DNA of 64,000 bases, from assembly GCA_963758495.1 (NCBI GenBank), contig CAVWVI010000003.1:352001-416000 (forward strand), given 5' to 3'. Source of the stretch: Oligoflexia bacterium (lineage in GTDB: Bacteria; Bdellovibrionota; UBA1018). Within the stretch, counting starts at the first letter, position 1, and each line of letters opens with the position of its first letter. Positions 61,218 to 64,000 of this stretch are shown here, in pieces. The notes below the pieces were generated by a model. It was not told the origin of the DNA, did not search any database, and saw only the letters and a program-made list of their open reading frames with translations. A program made the position numbers and the translations under genes.

Positions 61218-62243
61218 TTAGCTAAAAAGAGAATTAAACTCATCCCAATGATTTCTAAGCTTTCCCTTTAATTTCAAAACTGCTTGTGTATGCAATTGAC
61301 TCACTCTTGACTCCGTAACATCGAGGACTCGTCCAATTTCCTTAAGATTCAGATCCTCATAATAATACAGCGAAAGCACTAACCTCTGCTTTTCAGGCAA
61401 ATCCTGAATCGCCTCTGCAATCATTTTTTTGATATATGCAACATTGACTTCACTAAAGGGGGTCGAAGCTCTACTACCATGATCACCCACGCCATGCAGA
61501 GCCCTTTTATCAGCTTTAGAAAAATGGGAAATATCATCATACGAAAGTAACGAAACACTTCGAACTTGATTCAACAGTTCATGATATTCTTCTTGAGAAA
61601 TACTGAGCTCCTCGCAGATCTCCTCATCCGTAGCTTGACGACCCTTTTGATGTTCAATTTTTGAATAGCATCGTTCTAATATCTTTGCTTTTTCTCTTAC
61701 TGATCGAGGAACCCAGTCTTGTGCCCGCAGTTCATCTAAGATCGCTCCTCGGATTCTAAATTCAGCATAAGTCTTAAATTTATTATCCCTGGATGCATCA
61801 TACTTTTCCATTGCATCCATAAGACCAATTACACCAGAGCTCATCAAATCATCCAGCTCAATATTTGCCGGCAAGCGGGCAGCAATTTTTTGAGCAATGT
61901 ATTTAATCAGAGGTGCATACTCCAGGATCAACTGATCTCTAGACCTATTGACAGGTGAACAATCCTCTTTCACTAATGATGCTGTGGCACCTGCTTCTCT
62001 TTCCAGTTCTTCAGCTATTTCCTTTTGAAGTGCTTCTTCTTCTCTTTTTGCCTCATCGCCGAGAATGGAATCGCTGGAGGATAATTCTGTTCCGTTCTCA
62101 TAAGAATTTTTTACACCCGAAGTCTCGCACCGCTTTTCATTGGGATTTTCTTTGGGAGTTTTTTCGACACTCTTAGTCTCCTTCTTCACAGATGATTTAC
62201 GAATATTTTCCCGGTACTTTTGAATTCCTTGATTGAGGCTCAT
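61218..62243 (-). CDS. fliA: Flagellar sigma factor sigma-28 with a long charged N-terminal extension
   Basis: Motifs YAPLIKYIA, FKTYAEFRIRGAILDELR.QDW.PRS and LYYYE.LNLKEIG.VL.VTESRVSQLH. Confidence 0.93.
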   Translation of the reverse strand: MSLNQGIQKYRENIRKSSVKKETKSVEKTPKENPNEKRCETSGVKNSYENGTELSSSDSILGDEAKREEEALQKEIAEELEREAGATASLVKEDCSPVNRSRDQLILEYAPLIKYIAQKIAARLPANIELDDLMSSGVIGLMDAMEKYDASRDNKFKTYAEFRIRGAILDELRAQDWVPRSVREKAKILERCYSKIEHQKGRQATDEEICEELSISQEEYHELLNQVRSVSLLSYDDISHFSKADKRALHGVGDHGSRASTPFSEVNVAYIKKMIAEAIQDLPEKQRLVLSLYYYEDLNLKEIGRVLDVTESRVSQLHTQAVLKLKGKLRNHWDEFNSLFS

Positions 62244-62307
62244 CCGTATCCCACCTTATCCAAAAAAATTTAATTTCTATAGATCTAAAGACATTCCTTT
62301 AGTTGTC

Positions 62308-62377
62308 AGGATTCAAGAAAATGTTTTGGGGCCGTTTAGATTTGGATCCCCGGCCCAAAAACATTTTCTTGAATCCT
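62308..62377. repeat. Dispersed palindrome, divergent copy C (27-bp arms, 16-nt loop)
   Basis: AGGATTCAAGAAAATGTTTTGGGGCCG, loop TTTAGATTTGGATCCC, then CGGCCCAAAAACATTTTCTTGAATCCT. Confidence 0.85.
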
Positions 62378-62448
62378 ACATCTATCAGTCTACCAGAAAT
62401 TTATTTTTCTTCATAAATTGTGTGAATTATTCAGTGTCACAAATTTGA

Positions 62449-63903
62449 CTATATATCCAAAATGAGAGTAACAAGTCTTTCAGGAGTAGCTTCTTCAATA
62501 TCACCCGGCACCGTTTGTCCCGTTGTAAAATAGAGAAAAGGTAACTTTATCTTTTGACTTAAATTATATATAGAGCCATAGAGCATTGCTTCATCAAGCT
62601 TCGAGATAATCATTCCCTTTGGCTCTAGAACAGCAAATCGATGAGCGGCATCAAAGAGTTCTGCATCCCTCGTAATTGCCGAAAGCACGAGATAAGTCTG
62701 CAAATTTTGAACTGATTTCAGAATCTCCTCTATTTCCGCCAAAGAAGCTGGGTCTCGTTGAGATCTGCCAGTCGTGTCGATCAAAATTAAGTCTAAATTC
62801 TTAAAATCAGATAATGCTGCTTTCAAATCATCTGCCGAGCTGGTGGATCTGAAAGGAAGATTTAAGACCTTTGCATAAGTACCCAACTGATCAAATGCTC
62901 CCATCTTAAATCCGTCTAAATTAATCAATCCTACTTTAAGATTGTTTTTATGAATTGCTTCAGTAGCTAATTTAGCGATGGTAGTAGTTTTTCCCACTCC
63001 CGTCGGACCGATCAATGCTATTAAAACAGGCTCCCCTAATGCCCGACCTGAATCTTTAATTGCACCCTGACTCGTCCGAGGATGTACGACTGTAAGAGGA
63101 TTAAAGACTTTCACAGTCTCCATAATTTCCTGAGCCAATAAATCCATGACATACTCAGCACTCCTCGATCGATCGGGGCCTAATTCAAATGCTACTTTTT
63201 TAATAAGAGATAAAACATAACGACGTTCCACTCCATTAACAACAAGCTGCTCAAATGCATCCTGTAGGGCCGGAATCTCAAAAGCATTATTTTGTAAAAT
63301 CATGTCACTTTTTTGATTCTGATTGTTTTCCGCTGATTGCTTTTGCACCATCTGAACAGTTTTTAATTCATCAATCATTTTCTTCAGATAATCAATTTCA
63401 TCTTCAAGTGAAATCTTTGTTTTTGTGGACATTTTGAGAGAGGCTTCAAGCTGACCTGATTGAGTATCTTTAGGGATTACGATAGGTTGAGATTGTGGTA
63501 ATGATTTAGACTTTGTTAAATGCGTCTTTTCATCAGCAATGTCTATATAACGAGTTGCAGTAATGGGTTTGCTTTTCTGGGTCATTTCCACTCGATCTTT
63601 AGTTTGAGCAGCCCTCTCTAAATGTTTATGAGTATATTTATCAAAAACATCCGCCTGCTTTCCGGCAGGGAGATTTCTCATCGCAACCTTCGTAGACTCT
63701 GGAAGTTTGGTTTCCACCCGTTGCTTCTTCTGGAAAGAACGATCAGAAACAGCCGCGGTCACTTCCACCGACGCCTTTGATGATAGTCCGAATCCTCGTT
63801 TATTTTTTTTTGTCTGTAGAATAATTGCTTCAGGGCCTAATTCCCTTTTGACACTTTCTAAAGCCTCTTGAATAGTCGGTGCTTCAAACTTCTTAACTTG
63901 CAT
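62449..63903 (-). CDS. flhF: Flagellar SRP-type GTPase FlhF
   Basis: Motifs MQVKKFEA, GPTGVGKTTT.AKLA, DTTGRS, SKLDE and GQ.VP.DI. Confidence 0.95.
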   Translation of the reverse strand: MQVKKFEAPTIQEALESVKRELGPEAIILQTKKNKRGFGLSSKASVEVTAAVSDRSFQKKQRVETKLPESTKVAMRNLPAGKQADVFDKYTHKHLERAAQTKDRVEMTQKSKPITATRYIDIADEKTHLTKSKSLPQSQPIVIPKDTQSGQLEASLKMSTKTKISLEDEIDYLKKMIDELKTVQMVQKQSAENNQNQKSDMILQNNAFEIPALQDAFEQLVVNGVERRYVLSLIKKVAFELGPDRSRSAEYVMDLLAQEIMETVKVFNPLTVVHPRTSQGAIKDSGRALGEPVLIALIGPTGVGKTTTIAKLATEAIHKNNLKVGLINLDGFKMGAFDQLGTYAKVLNLPFRSTSSADDLKAALSDFKNLDLILIDTTGRSQRDPASLAEIEEILKSVQNLQTYLVLSAITRDAELFDAAHRFAVLEPKGMIISKLDEAMLYGSIYNLSQKIKLPFLYFTTGQTVPGDIEEATPERLVTLILDI

Positions 63904-64000
63904 ATGATATCCTCACTGTTCCATACGATTTAACAGTAACATTTGGAGTAATTTCATTATGTGAAAGTACGGTCACATTTGGAATAAAACGATCAATTAA
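63893..64000 (-). CDS. flhA: Flagellar export protein FlhA, C-terminal end (partial)
   Basis: LIDRFIPNVTVLSHNEITPNVTVKSYGTV...*, overlapping the flhF start. Confidence 0.85.
   Translation of the reverse strand, partial: LIDRFIPNVTVLSHNEITPNVTVKSYGTVRISYAS

Overview
A 64-kb chromosomal window (roughly 40% GC by eye), most consistent with a Bdellovibrionota/Oligoflexia-like bacterium. That assignment is inferred from a Bdellovibrio-type histone-fold gene, many secreted beta-barrel and lipoprotein genes, sigma-54 promoters and the flagellar gene style. Positions 1-45 kb hold mixed housekeeping, envelope, stress and signalling genes: comA/Hsa32-like, CinA, M48 protease, lytic transglycosylase, tgt, SWIM-SNF2 helicase, HPF-CSD, USP, a sigma-54 activator, a lipoprotein-FecR-TPR/barrel operon, a Zn-finger histone with Hsp70, a double histidine kinase and ppc. 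Positions 45.2-54.3 kb are a decayed accessory region abutting the 3' end of tRNA-Asp. It contains a nonsense-truncated HEXXH gene, an ogt/2OG-oxygenase repair cassette, a gene cut by an IS110 element with a structured bridge-RNA-like left end, and an IS1380-family element that appears to have inserted into its own structured 3' tail, giving nested copies and three stacked right ends. Positions 54.5-64 kb are core genes: acyltransferase, prfB with its programmed frameshift, ybeY, an in-frame mazG-coaE fusion, fliA, flhF and the flhA 3' end, with no flhG. A dispersed ~70-bp palindrome family with a conserved 16-nt loop occurs in four intergenic regions (three full copies and one partial). No CRISPR array or rRNA was seen. 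All calls come from reading motifs by eye; no searches were run.
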